The translations under genes were made by a program, and so were the position numbers. The notes under the pieces are model-generated. The model did no database searches and was not told the DNA's origin. It saw only the letters and a program-made list of their open reading frames with translations. A stretch of 64,000 bases of DNA from Gemmatimonadales bacterium (lineage in GTDB: Bacteria; Gemmatimonadota; Gemmatimonadetes; Gemmatimonadales; GWC2-71-9): contig JAWOLH010000014.1 in the NCBI GenBank assembly GCA_033853695.1, positions 68,795 through 132,794 on the forward strand. The letters are read 5' to 3'. This document shows, piece after piece, positions 47,496 to 56,211 of the stretch. The stretch's first letter is position 1; every line of letters starts with the position of its first letter.

Positions 47496-48598
47496 CGGTG
47501 CGCGTCCCGCTCATTTCCGAACGGGACACCTCCTACGACATCCTGATCGGCCGCGGCCTGCTACAGGATCTCGTGCGGCTCGTGACACGGCATTGTCCCG
47601 CCCAGCGCTACGCGGTGATCACCGATTCGCACGTCGCCGAGCTGTACGGTCCGTCGGTCATGGAGGTGCTGAAGGGCGGAGGACTCGAGGCCGAGCTGTA
47701 CCCGTTCGCGGCGGGCGAATGGAACAAGACGCGCGATTCGTGGGCAGCGCTCTCGGACCGGATGCTTGAGGCCCGGTTCGGCCGCGATGCGGCGGTGCTG
47801 GCACTCGGCGGCGGCGTCGTCGGAGACGTGGCGGGGTTCGTCGCGGCGACTTACAACCGGGGGATCCCGTTCGCGCAGATCCCGACGACCCTGCTCGCGA
47901 TGATCGATTCGTCGATCGGTGGCAAGACGGGGGTCGACACGCCGCACGGCAAGAACCTGTTGGGGGCATTTCACCAGCCCCGGGTCGTGATCGCGGACCT
48001 GGATACCCTCACCACGCTGGCCGCTCCGCAGCTCGCCGCCGGCATGGCGGAGGCGATCAAGCACGGCGTGATCGCCGATGCGGATTACTGTGCCGCGGTG
48101 GAGCGCCATCGCGATGCCATCGTGGGAAATCGGCGCGATCCAGCAGCCCTCGAGCGCCTGGTGACCCGCTCGGTGGAAATCAAGGCGGCCGTCGTCGCGT
48201 CGGACGAGCGGGAGAGTGGCCGCCGCGCGCTTCTCAACTTCGGACACACCATCGGGCACGCGGTCGAGGCGACGAACGGCTACGCGATCCTGCATGGTGA
48301 GGCGGTCGCCATCGGCATGGTTCTGGAAGCGGCGTTGGCCGAACGCGTCGGCATCGCCGAGCGCGGCACGAGCGCGACAATCGTGCGGTTGCTTGAGCGC
48401 TTCGATCTGCCGACGGCACTCCCCGACGACGCACGCGCCGACGATCTCGTCGGCGCCATGCACCACGACAAGAAACGGCGCGGCAGCGATCTCCACTTTG
48501 CGTTGCCGCGACGGGTCGGAGAAATGCACGGCGATGCGCGAAGCGGATGGACGACGCCCGTTTCCGAGGACATCGTGCGGGCAGTCCTGAGCCAATGA
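47492..48598 (+). CDS. aroB: 3-dehydroquinate synthase
   Basis: GTG overlaps the upstream stop. 'LALGGGVVGDVAGFVAATYNRGIPFAQIPTTLLAMIDSSIGGKTGV', 'LNFGHTIGHA'. Confidence 0.9.
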   Translation: MTVRVPLISERDTSYDILIGRGLLQDLVRLVTRHCPAQRYAVITDSHVAELYGPSVMEVLKGGGLEAELYPFAAGEWNKTRDSWAALSDRMLEARFGRDAAVLALGGGVVGDVAGFVAATYNRGIPFAQIPTTLLAMIDSSIGGKTGVDTPHGKNLLGAFHQPRVVIADLDTLTTLAAPQLAAGMAEAIKHGVIADADYCAAVERHRDAIVGNRRDPAALERLVTRSVEIKAAVVASDERESGRRALLNFGHTIGHAVEATNGYAILHGEAVAIGMVLEAALAERVGIAERGTSATIVRLLERFDLPTALPDDARADDLVGAMHHDKKRRGSDLHFALPRRVGEMHGDARSGWTTPVSEDIVRAVLSQ

Positions 48599-48840
48599 AT
48601 TGGATGCTAAGGGGTTAGACTATTGGTAAGGATTTTCAACAACTTACCAACACGATTTACACGGTGCACTCTTTCCACAGGCAGTGTTGATAGTGGACAA
48701 ACGGCGCAGTAATTAGCAGCCTAACGATTTGTGATGTGGAAAACTAAATGGATTTGCACGTGGGAATGGGGCTTCCTATATTGGGCCCGCTTCGCCGTCC
48801 CCTTTTCACAACGCGACCGCCTTGCTTGGGAGTCCAGCGC
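48599..48840 (+). promoter_or_regulatory. AT-rich 242-bp leader/promoter region upstream of the sigma factor gene
   Basis: Hand count 48601-48780 gives 79 G+C of 180 (~44%), far below the flanking coding DNA. Contains an 8-bp stem TTGGTAAG/CTTACCAA (48623-30 / 48643-50). GGGAG lies 8 nt before ATG 48841. Confidence 0.45.
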
Positions 48841-49737
48841 ATGGCCCGTGCGTCGTCGACTGGCAAGTCGAAGTCCTTCTTCAAAGCCACGCCATCCGGT
48901 GCATTCGACCAGTACCTGCAGGACATCCAGAAGCTTCCTCTGATCAAGGATCCGGCCGAAGAACGCCGCCTCGCCAGACGCGTGCAGCGCGGTGACGAGA
49001 AGGCGGCCGAGCGACTGGTCACCGCCAACCTCCGGTTCGTGATCTCCTACGTCAAGAAATATCAGGGACACGGACTCGACCTTTCGGAGCTGGTCGCGAT
49101 CGGCAACGAGGGGTTGCTCAAGGCGGTCAAGAAGTTCGATCCCGATCAAGGCGTGAAGTTCATCTCGTACGCCGTGTGGTGGGTGCGCCAGGCCGTCCTC
49201 AAGGCACTCGCCGAGCAGACCCGCAGCGTTCGCATTCCGTTGAACCAGAATTCCCAGCTGATCCGCATGAGCCGCACCGAGACCTATCTCTCCCAGGAAC
49301 TGGGACGCGAGCCGACCGACGACGAGATCGCGCTGGCGCTCGAGGACTCGGTCGAGAACGTGCGCACCGCGCGTCGCATGACGGCCGCCGAATTGTCGCT
49401 CGACGCTCCCGTCGACCGCACCGACAAGGACGCCGCCACGCTGGGCGAGCGGTTCGCCGGGATCGAGGGCGGAGAGATCGAGGACCGCACCGACGGCCGG
49501 TTGATGCGCGAATTCATCGATCGAATCTTCCAGAAATATCTGACTCCCCGCGAACGCAAGATCCTCTATCTCTACTATGGACTCGAAGAAGGCAGTGAAG
49601 CGATGACGCTCGAGAAGATCGGCGCGCTGATGGGCGTCACGCGCGAGCGGATCCGCCAGATCCGGGAGCGGGCGTTCGAGAAGCTGCGGGAGTCACCAGA
49701 CGGAAGGGCGCTCAAAGGATTCTGGCGCGCCGCATAG
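48841..49737 (+). CDS. RNA polymerase sigma-70 family factor (RpoD-like, short form without region 1.1)
   Basis: 'TANLRFVISYVKKYQGHGLDLSELVAIGNEGLLKAVKKFDPDQGVKFISYAVWWVRQA' (regions 2.1-2.4). 'TLEKIGALMGVTRERIRQIRERAFEKLR' (region 4.2). 298 aa from ATG 48841. Confidence 0.85.
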   Translation: MARASSTGKSKSFFKATPSGAFDQYLQDIQKLPLIKDPAEERRLARRVQRGDEKAAERLVTANLRFVISYVKKYQGHGLDLSELVAIGNEGLLKAVKKFDPDQGVKFISYAVWWVRQAVLKALAEQTRSVRIPLNQNSQLIRMSRTETYLSQELGREPTDDEIALALEDSVENVRTARRMTAAELSLDAPVDRTDKDAATLGERFAGIEGGEIEDRTDGRLMREFIDRIFQKYLTPRERKILYLYYGLEEGSEAMTLEKIGALMGVTRERIRQIRERAFEKLRESPDGRALKGFWRAA

Positions 49738-49761
49738 CCGCAGGCTGAGTACAGCAGACCG

Positions 49762-49791
49762 AGGGGCCGGGACAACCATTCCGGCCCCTTT
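49762..49791 (+). terminator. Rho-independent terminator-like hairpin after the sigma gene
   Basis: Perfect 9-bp GC stem AGGGGCCGG (49762-70) / CCGGCCCCT (49781-89), 10-nt loop, followed by TTTACCTTATAT. Confidence 0.55.
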
Positions 49792-49803
49792 ACCTTATAT
49801 CCC

Positions 49804-51231
49804 ATGCCCGATCGTGCCGTGGTAGCGGAGCTGGAGCGCATCGTCGGTCCTGGTTCCGTTCGCCTGGCGAGAAGCGACCGCCTCACCTTCGCGTCGGACG
49901 GCTTGCCGACGCACCGCCGCCTTCCCGGACTCGTCGTCTTCCCCGGCACGCGCGATGAGCTGATCGCGGTCGTGAAGGTCCTCGCCGCCCGCAACATCCC
50001 CTTCGTGCCCCGCGGGGCCGGCACCGGTCTGTCGGGCGGGGCCCTCGCCGGCGCCGATGCCGCCCTCGTCGTGCTCACACGGCTCAACCGCATCCTCGAG
50101 ATCGACCCCAGGAATCGCCGCGCGGTAGTCGAGCCGGGCGTCGTCAACGCCCGCCTTTCGGCAGCCGCCGCGCGCTACGGACTGCACTACGCCCCCGATC
50201 CCTCGAGCCAGACCGCCTGCACCATAGGCGGGAACGTGGCGGAAAACGCCGGTGGACCGCATTGCCTCAAGTACGGCGCCACGACGGCGCACATCCTCGC
50301 TCTCGAGGTCGTGCTGGCGGACGGCCGTGTGGCGATACTCGGCTCCCCGGCGGGAGAGCCGTGGGGCCCGGACCTCGTCGGGCTGTTCGTCGGATCGGAG
50401 GGCAACTTCGGCATCGCGACACGCGTCACGGTGCGGCTCACCCCGACGCCATCGGCCGTGCGGACGCTGCTCGCCGACTTCACGAGCCTGCGGGCGGCGG
50501 GGGAAGCCGTCTCCGCCATCATCGCGAGCGGCGTCGTTCCCGCGGCCCTCGAAATGATGGACCGGTCCTGCATCAATGCGGTCGAGGATTCCGTTTATGC
50601 CGCCGGCTACCCGCGCGACGCCGCGGCGGTGCTGCTCGTGGAGCTGGATGGCATGGTGACGGCGGCGGTCGAGGCCGACGCCTTCGCCACCGCGGACATC
50701 CTCGTCCGCCACGGTGCCCGCACCGTGCGCAGCGCCGCCGACCCGGCGGAGCGGGAGCGCCTCTGGCAGGGACGCAAGAAGGCGTTCGGCGCCATGGGCC
50801 GCCTCTCCCGCGACCTCGTCGTCCAGGACGCCGTGGTGCCGCGCTCCGCCCTCCCCGACGTGCTCGAGTCGATCAGCGCGATCGCCGCCCGCTACCGCCT
50901 GGTCGTGAGCAACGTGTTTCACGCGGGCGACGGGAATCTCCACCCCAACATCTCTTTCGACGCGACCGATGGGGAGCTCAAGACACGGGTCGAGACCGCA
51001 TCGGCGGAGATCATGGCGACGTGCATCGCCGCGGGGGGGACGATTACCGGCGAACACGGCGTGGGGCTCGACAAGCTGCGCTACATGCCGCTCATCTTCG
51101 ACGGGGACGCGCTGGCGGCGATGCGGGCGGTACGACGCGTGTTCGACCCCGCCGAGCGCGTCAACCCCGGCAAGGTCGTCCCGGTCCACGCCTGCCGAGA
51201 ATGGACCGGCGTCCATAGGTTCCCGTCATGA
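49804..51231 (+). CDS. glcD: FAD-linked oxidase, glycolate oxidase subunit GlcD-like
   Basis: 'VVFPGTRDELIAVVKVLAARNIPFVPRGAGTGLSGGA' (PCMH FAD-binding). 'HAGDGNLHPN', 'GGTITGEHGVGLDK'. Confidence 0.85.
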   Translation: MPDRAVVAELERIVGPGSVRLARSDRLTFASDGLPTHRRLPGLVVFPGTRDELIAVVKVLAARNIPFVPRGAGTGLSGGALAGADAALVVLTRLNRILEIDPRNRRAVVEPGVVNARLSAAAARYGLHYAPDPSSQTACTIGGNVAENAGGPHCLKYGATTAHILALEVVLADGRVAILGSPAGEPWGPDLVGLFVGSEGNFGIATRVTVRLTPTPSAVRTLLADFTSLRAAGEAVSAIIASGVVPAALEMMDRSCINAVEDSVYAAGYPRDAAAVLLVELDGMVTAAVEADAFATADILVRHGARTVRSAADPAERERLWQGRKKAFGAMGRLSRDLVVQDAVVPRSALPDVLESISAIAARYRLVVSNVFHAGDGNLHPNISFDATDGELKTRVETASAEIMATCIAAGGTITGEHGVGLDKLRYMPLIFDGDALAAMRAVRRVFDPAERVNPGKVVPVHACREWTGVHRFPS

Positions 51232-52442
51232 ACGGCGTGCTCGAAAAGGTCCGCGCGTTGCTCGGCTCGGATGCCGTCCTCGATCCCGGAGCCGCCGGCG
51301 TAGCCCCGCGCATCGCCCCACCCACTCCGGAAGCCGTCGCGCTGCTGTTGCGCACCGCCACCGAGGAACGCTGGAAGGTTCGTGTCGAGGGCGCCGGCAG
51401 CTGGCAGCCTGCCGACGCCCCCGCCGATGTCGCCCTCACCACGCGGCGCCTCGACCAGGTCGAGGCGATCGAGCCCCAGGATCTCGTCGCCACGGCTCAA
51501 GCCGGCGTGGGGTGGGACCGGCTGCGCCAGCAGCTCGCCGAGCGCGGGGTATGGGTGGCGGCCGATCCTCCCGGGCTCGCCGGGCGCTCGCTGGGCTCCA
51601 TCATCGCCTCCGCGACCTCAGGCCCGCTGCGGACGGGACGGGGGCCGGTGCGCGATCATCTGCTCGGCGTCACCGCGATTACCGGCGATGGGCGGGTGGT
51701 GGCGAGCGGTGGCCAGGTGGTGAAGAACGTCGCCGGCTACGACCTCACCCGCCTCCAGGTCGGCGGGTTCGGCGCCTTCGGCGTCGTCGTCCGCGCGCAC
51801 GTGCGGCTGCGTGCGTTGCCTCGGGCCGATCAGACGCTGGTGCTCGAAGGCACGCGCGAAGATCTGAGCCGGGCGGCCGACGATCTGCGCGAAGCCGGCC
51901 TCCTCCCCGCGGCGCTCGAGCTCCTTTCCCCCGCGCTCGCGCGGCGGGCCGGATGGGTGTTGGCGGCACGCTGCTCAGGATCCGCGGCCCAGGTGGAAGC
52001 GGAGGAGGCGTTGCTGCGGTCCGCCGGTGGCGGTCGCTTTGCCCCGCTGGGACCGGAGGAGAGCCACGCCTTCTGGCAGCGCGCAGCCGAAGCACTCGCG
52101 CTCCGCCCCATCACGCTGCGGCTGGCCGGTCTCGCCGAAGCCACCGACGATCTGCTCGATCTGCTGCAACACCAGCTTGGCGACGAATGGATCTCGGCGA
52201 GTCCCGCTCTCGGTGCGATTCGCTGGAGCGGAGAGGCGACGGTGGAGCGGCTGCGCCACCTGCGCCGCTCCCTGGCCACGCTCGAGGTGCCGCTCACCCT
52301 CGAGCGCGCTCCCTGGGGGCTGCGCCAGGCAGTGGGGGTCTTCGGGGCGTACCGCGAGGGCGTCGGCCCGTTGGTGACGGGGCTGCGCCAGACGTTCGAT
52401 CCCGCGGCGACGCTGGTGGTTCCGGTTCACACCGACGAGTGA
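51228..52442 (+). CDS. glcE: Glycolate oxidase FAD-binding subunit GlcE-like
   Basis: ATGA overlap with glcD. FAD-binding-domain-like 'VRVEGAGSW', 'KNVAGYDLTRL'. Lies between glcD and glcF. Confidence 0.7.
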   Translation: MNGVLEKVRALLGSDAVLDPGAAGVAPRIAPPTPEAVALLLRTATEERWKVRVEGAGSWQPADAPADVALTTRRLDQVEAIEPQDLVATAQAGVGWDRLRQQLAERGVWVAADPPGLAGRSLGSIIASATSGPLRTGRGPVRDHLLGVTAITGDGRVVASGGQVVKNVAGYDLTRLQVGGFGAFGVVVRAHVRLRALPRADQTLVLEGTREDLSRAADDLREAGLLPAALELLSPALARRAGWVLAARCSGSAAQVEAEEALLRSAGGGRFAPLGPEESHAFWQRAAEALALRPITLRLAGLAEATDDLLDLLQHQLGDEWISASPALGAIRWSGEATVERLRHLRRSLATLEVPLTLERAPWGLRQAVGVFGAYREGVGPLVTGLRQTFDPAATLVVPVHTDE

Positions 52443-53755
52443 CCCTCTCACTGCCGGCTCCCGCTCACGTGCCCAACTCGCCCACCCCGCACACCCGGGG
52501 CGGATTCGAGGCACTCGACGCATGCGTACACTGCGGCTTCTGCCTGCAGGCATGTCCCACGTTTCTGGCGACGGGCGACGAGGCGGATGGCCCCCGAGGG
52601 CGTATCGAGTTGATGCGCGCGTTCGAACGAGGCGACCTGTCAGCGTCCGATCGGGGACTGGCGTACCACCTCGATCGCTGCCTCGGATGCCGCGGCTGTG
52701 AGCCGGTGTGTCCTTCCGGAGTGGGATACGGAGAGGGGCTGGAGGAAGCGCGCACCCGGCTGGCCGGGGAGCGCGGGGCGCCCGTGCTCGCCCGGCTCGT
52801 GCTCGGCGTCGTGACCAGCCCGGCGATCTCGCGGCCGGCATATGCGGCGGCGCGTCTGGTGCGGGACTCCGGGCTTGCCGGGAGACTCGCGGGCAAGGGC
52901 CGGATCGGGTTTGGGATGGGGATGCTCGCGGCGACAGAGACGGAACGGCGCGGGGTGTTGGATGTTGGGAGTGTGCGCGCGGCGAGTGACTCCGCTGTGG
53001 CACACCGCCACCATCCCACATCCCATGCATTCGGGGCTTCGCTCTTTCGCGGCTGCATCATGCAAGGTCTCTTCTCCCACGTGCATGACGCGACGATCCG
53101 GACGCTCCGCGTCAATGGATTCTCCGTGCGCGAGGTGCCCGGCCAGGTGTGCTGTGGCGCGCTGCATGCTCACGCGGGGTTGCGTGACGCGGCGCGGGCG
53201 CTCGCGCGAGCGAACGTCGCCGCGTTTGAGCCGGGCACCGATCCTATCGTCGTGAACAGCGCGGGATGTGGCGCGCAATTGAAAGCGTACGGACACCTGC
53301 TGGACGGCGAGCCTCGGGCGGAACGGTTTGCGGCGCGGGTCCGCGACGTCACCGAGCTGTTGGCGGAGCGCGGGCCGGCACCGGGAGCGCCCCTCGAGCT
53401 GCGCGTTGCATACGACGCGCCGTGCCACCTGCTGCACGCTCAGCGGATCGCCGAGCCGCCCCTCGCGGTGCTGCGCGCCGCGACCGGCGTAGCCGTGCGG
53501 CCGACGGCAGATTCGGCCCAGTGCTGCGGGAGTGCGGGACTGTACTCGATGCTCGAACCCGAGTTGTCGCGCGTCGTGCTGGCGCCCAAGATCGAGGGGA
53601 TCCTCGCCGATTCCCCCGATGTCCTGGCGACGGCCAATCCCGGATGTGTGATGCAGCTCGGCGCGGGACTCCGGGCGGCGGGCGCCACGATCACGGTGTG
53701 TCACCCCGTCGAGCTGCTCGACGAGTCGTACCATGCCGCGGGGTTCTACGCGTGA
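52439..53755 (+). CDS. glcF: Glycolate oxidase iron-sulfur subunit GlcF-like
   Basis: GTGA overlap. Two 4Fe-4S motifs, 'CVHCGFCLQACP' and 'CLGCRGCEPVCP'. CCG-type Cys-rich repeats ('VCCG', 'NSAGCG', 'QCCGSAG', 'NPGC'). Confidence 0.8.
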   Translation: MTLSLPAPAHVPNSPTPHTRGGFEALDACVHCGFCLQACPTFLATGDEADGPRGRIELMRAFERGDLSASDRGLAYHLDRCLGCRGCEPVCPSGVGYGEGLEEARTRLAGERGAPVLARLVLGVVTSPAISRPAYAAARLVRDSGLAGRLAGKGRIGFGMGMLAATETERRGVLDVGSVRAASDSAVAHRHHPTSHAFGASLFRGCIMQGLFSHVHDATIRTLRVNGFSVREVPGQVCCGALHAHAGLRDAARALARANVAAFEPGTDPIVVNSAGCGAQLKAYGHLLDGEPRAERFAARVRDVTELLAERGPAPGAPLELRVAYDAPCHLLHAQRIAEPPLAVLRAATGVAVRPTADSAQCCGSAGLYSMLEPELSRVVLAPKIEGILADSPDVLATANPGCVMQLGAGLRAAGATITVCHPVELLDESYHAAGFYA

Positions 53756-54819
53756 CCGTCCCGCCATCGCCCGCCGCACCGCCACCGATCCTGCTTCGGC
53801 TACCGGGGGGAGCGTGGGCCACCCCGATCGTGCAGGCACTGCGCGCCGGGGCGTTGGTCGTACGCGCCGACGCCGGCGTCCTCGAGCTCTCGGGAACGGG
53901 AGCGGTAGTGTGCATGCAGGGACTGCTGACGAGCGACTTCGAGAAGCCCGGTGAGGGCGCGTTCGTGTACGGCGCGCTCCTGACACCCAAAGGGATGATC
54001 GTGGTGGACGGGTGGGCGTCACGCATCGGCACCACGGTCCGATTCGTCGTGCCGGCGGCGGGACGCGAGCGAGCCCTCGCCATCCTCACGCGCTCGGTGC
54101 CCCCGCGCCTGTCCCGCTGCGCCGACCGATCGGAGGACCTCGCCGTCCTGCGGATCGGCGGCGCGCACGCGTTGGCGATCGCCGAAGCCGCGCGCCTCCC
54201 CATCCCGCCGGTCCCCGGACGAGCCATCAGTGTCATGCTGGAGGACGCCGCGTGCGACATCGCCCGCTCGGCCGGGGACGCGCCGTTCCTGCTCCAGATC
54301 GTCGCACCACCGGGAACAGCGGCGCGTCTCGGCGGCCGCCTCGAGGCCGCGGGCGCGCTCGCCGCCGGCCCGCCCGCCCTCGAGCTGTCCCGCATTCTGG
54401 CCGGGTGGCCGGGGCTGTCGTCGGAAGTGGACGAGCGCACGCTGCCTCAAGAGGTGCGCTTCGACGAGATCGGCGGCGTGTCCTACACCAAGGGGTGCTA
54501 TACGGGACAGGAAACGGTGAGCCGGTTGCACTTCCGTGGCCATGCGAACCGGGGACTCGTGGGACTGGAATTTGACGCCGAGCCGCCGGTCGGTGTCGCG
54601 GTCACGGTTCCGCTACGCCACGACGACCGGGAGATGGGACGCGTGACGAGCGTCGCCTGGTTGCCTGAAGGAGCGCCGAGCGGGAGTGCGGCGGGACGCT
54701 GGATCGGACTCGGCGTGCTGCGCCACGAGGTCGAGATCGGCGCGCGGGTGCGCGCGGGCGATGTCCCCGCTCGCGTCGTCGCCCTGCCCTTCGTGCTGCC
54801 GCGCTGGGATCCTGCGTGA
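53752..54819 (+). CDS. ygfZ: Folate-binding YgfZ / aminomethyltransferase-fold protein
   Basis: GTGA overlap with glcF. Signature 'YTKGCYTGQETVSRLHFRG'. Confidence 0.7.
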   Translation: MTVPPSPAAPPPILLRLPGGAWATPIVQALRAGALVVRADAGVLELSGTGAVVCMQGLLTSDFEKPGEGAFVYGALLTPKGMIVVDGWASRIGTTVRFVVPAAGRERALAILTRSVPPRLSRCADRSEDLAVLRIGGAHALAIAEAARLPIPPVPGRAISVMLEDAACDIARSAGDAPFLLQIVAPPGTAARLGGRLEAAGALAAGPPALELSRILAGWPGLSSEVDERTLPQEVRFDEIGGVSYTKGCYTGQETVSRLHFRGHANRGLVGLEFDAEPPVGVAVTVPLRHDDREMGRVTSVAWLPEGAPSGSAAGRWIGLGVLRHEVEIGARVRAGDVPARVVALPFVLPRWDPA

Positions 54820-55799
54820 CGATACTCGTCACCGGCGGAAGCGGCCTCGTCGGCAGTCATGTAATCGAGGCGCTCCAGCGGGTGGGCAGGCCGGTGCGGG
54901 CCCTCGTGCGACCCGGAGCGGCCTCGGTCGTCCAGGCGCTCGGCGCGGACGCGGTGACGGGAGATGTGAGCAACGCGGAGACGTGGCGCCGCGCGGCGCA
55001 CAGCGACCTGTCCGCCATCGTGCACGCGGCCGCGATCGTCTCCCCCGTCGCTGCCCCTCGTACGTACAACGTGAACGTCGGAGGGACGAGGCTGGCGGTC
55101 GAGACCGCCCGCGCGACCGGCGCGCACCTGGTACACGTGTCATCGGTCTCGGTCTACGCCGGCGCGGCAGATTATCGGCCCGTAGCGGAGCGCCGTACCG
55201 AGGACACCCCGTTCAAGCCGCTCGGGGCCGGCGATCACTATGCGCGGAGCAAACGGGAGGCAGAACGGCTGGTCCGGGAGGCAGCGGAGGGCGGGTCGAT
55301 TGGCGCGACGGCGATTCGGCCCGACGTCATCTATGGCGAGCGCGACCGGCTCTTCGCGCCGAAGGTCTATCGATCCCTCCGCACCCGGGTCCTTCCGCTC
55401 GTGGGTCCGGGCACGAATCATCTGCCGTGCATCTATGCGGGGAACGTCGCGTCGGCGATCGTCGCGGCGCTGGACCGGCCGCACCGCGGATTTCGGGCCT
55501 ACAACGTGACGCGCGATGCCGCGCCGGCGATCACCCTGCGCGAGTTCCTACAGGCCTTCGCCGACGCCGCGGGCGTCCGCGTCCGGCTCGTGCGCCTGCC
55601 GTTGCCGCTGGCGCGATGGCTGCTGGCGATCTGGAGCGGCCCCCGGCTGGCACGCGCCGCAACGGCATTCCTGACGGGTGAGGATCCGTACGTCTCGGAT
55701 CGCGCGGAGCGTGAACTCGGCTGGCGCCCTGGCGTCGATACCCGGACCGGCATCGGCCGAACGGTGCGCTGGTTGATGGGAAACGAAAAGCCCGGGTAG
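54816..55799 (+). CDS. NAD-dependent epimerase/dehydratase (extended SDR)
   Basis: 'ILVTGGSGLVGSHV' (Rossmann), 'HVSSVSVY', catalytic 'YARSK'. Confidence 0.8.
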   Translation: MTILVTGGSGLVGSHVIEALQRVGRPVRALVRPGAASVVQALGADAVTGDVSNAETWRRAAHSDLSAIVHAAAIVSPVAAPRTYNVNVGGTRLAVETARATGAHLVHVSSVSVYAGAADYRPVAERRTEDTPFKPLGAGDHYARSKREAERLVREAAEGGSIGATAIRPDVIYGERDRLFAPKVYRSLRTRVLPLVGPGTNHLPCIYAGNVASAIVAALDRPHRGFRAYNVTRDAAPAITLREFLQAFADAAGVRVRLVRLPLPLARWLLAIWSGPRLARAATAFLTGEDPYVSDRAERELGWRPGVDTRTGIGRTVRWLMGNEKPG

Positions 55800-55809
55800 T
55801 GACCCGGGC
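55790..55809 (-). terminator. Hairpin GCCCGGG-tagtga-CCCGGGC, with a U-rich tail on the minus strand
   Basis: 7-bp stem 55790-96 / 55803-09. On the minus strand it is followed by CTTTTCGTTT. Lies just downstream of the minus-strand lipoprotein gene and spans the SDR stop codon. Confidence 0.5.
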
Positions 55810-55836
55810 CTCGCGCAAACGATCGGCGAACAACCC

Positions 55837-56052
55837 TTAGGGCTTCTTTTTCGTCGCCTTGCTCGTATCGCCCATCATGTGCTTCGAGGTATCGGGCATC
55901 GCCATCTTCGACGTGTCCGCCATGTGCTTCGACGTATCAGCCATCATCATCTTGCTGGTGTCGGCCGCCCCCGCCGCAGGGGGCTGCTGCTCGGCCTTCT
56001 TGCACGCGCCAACGACGGCAACCAACGCCAGCGCGAAAGCGAGACGCTTCAT
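55837..56052 (-). CDS. Small lipoprotein with five Met/His-rich 'DTSK' repeats
   Basis: ATG 56052 preceded by GGAGAGAG. Lipobox 'LVAVVGAC'. 'ADTSKMMM-ADTSKHM-ADTSKMAMP-DTSKHMMG-DTSKATKKKP'. 71 aa. The remainder of tracked ORF 55837..57171 is rejected. Confidence 0.6.
   Translation of the reverse strand: MKRLAFALALVAVVGACKKAEQQPPAAGAADTSKMMMADTSKHMADTSKMAMPDTSKHMMGDTSKATKKKP
55858..55965 (-). repeat. In-frame tandem repeat (~21-24 nt unit, 5 copies) encoding the DTSK motifs
   Basis: Plus strand reads cttgctcgtatcgcccatcatgtg / cttcgaggtatcgggcatcgccat / cttcgacgtgtccgccatgtg / cttcgacgtatcagccatcatcat / cttgctggtgtcggc. Confidence 0.75.
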
Positions 56053-56211
56053 GCTCTCTCCTCGAGGAGGTCGGTAAGCGGTTGACGGGCCCTGAAACGG
56101 CGGCAAAAGTATCGCGAGCAATCCCACAGTCAAGGACCGCTCTCTGCGGGGTATATTCCCGCCGGTCCCGCCACCAGCCACCACTACCCCGGATCGCACG
56201 GCAGTTCCCAT

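Noticed and set aside
48599-48840. tRNA, tmRNA or other classical RNA gene in the longest intergenic region (also checked 8709-8822, 49738-49803, 56053-56211, 60685-60776)
   Set aside because: No T-loop (GGTTCGAATCC-like) or acceptor-stem symmetry was seen, nor any rRNA-like conserved blocks. Only short hairpins are present. A small regulatory RNA cannot be excluded by eye.
55858-55965. Tandem ~21-24 nt repeats as a possible CRISPR-like or minisatellite array
   Set aside because: The repeats are contiguous with no unique spacers, are imperfect, keep one reading frame and encode the DTSK peptide repeat of a lipoprotein with a proper signal peptide. No cas genes are present.
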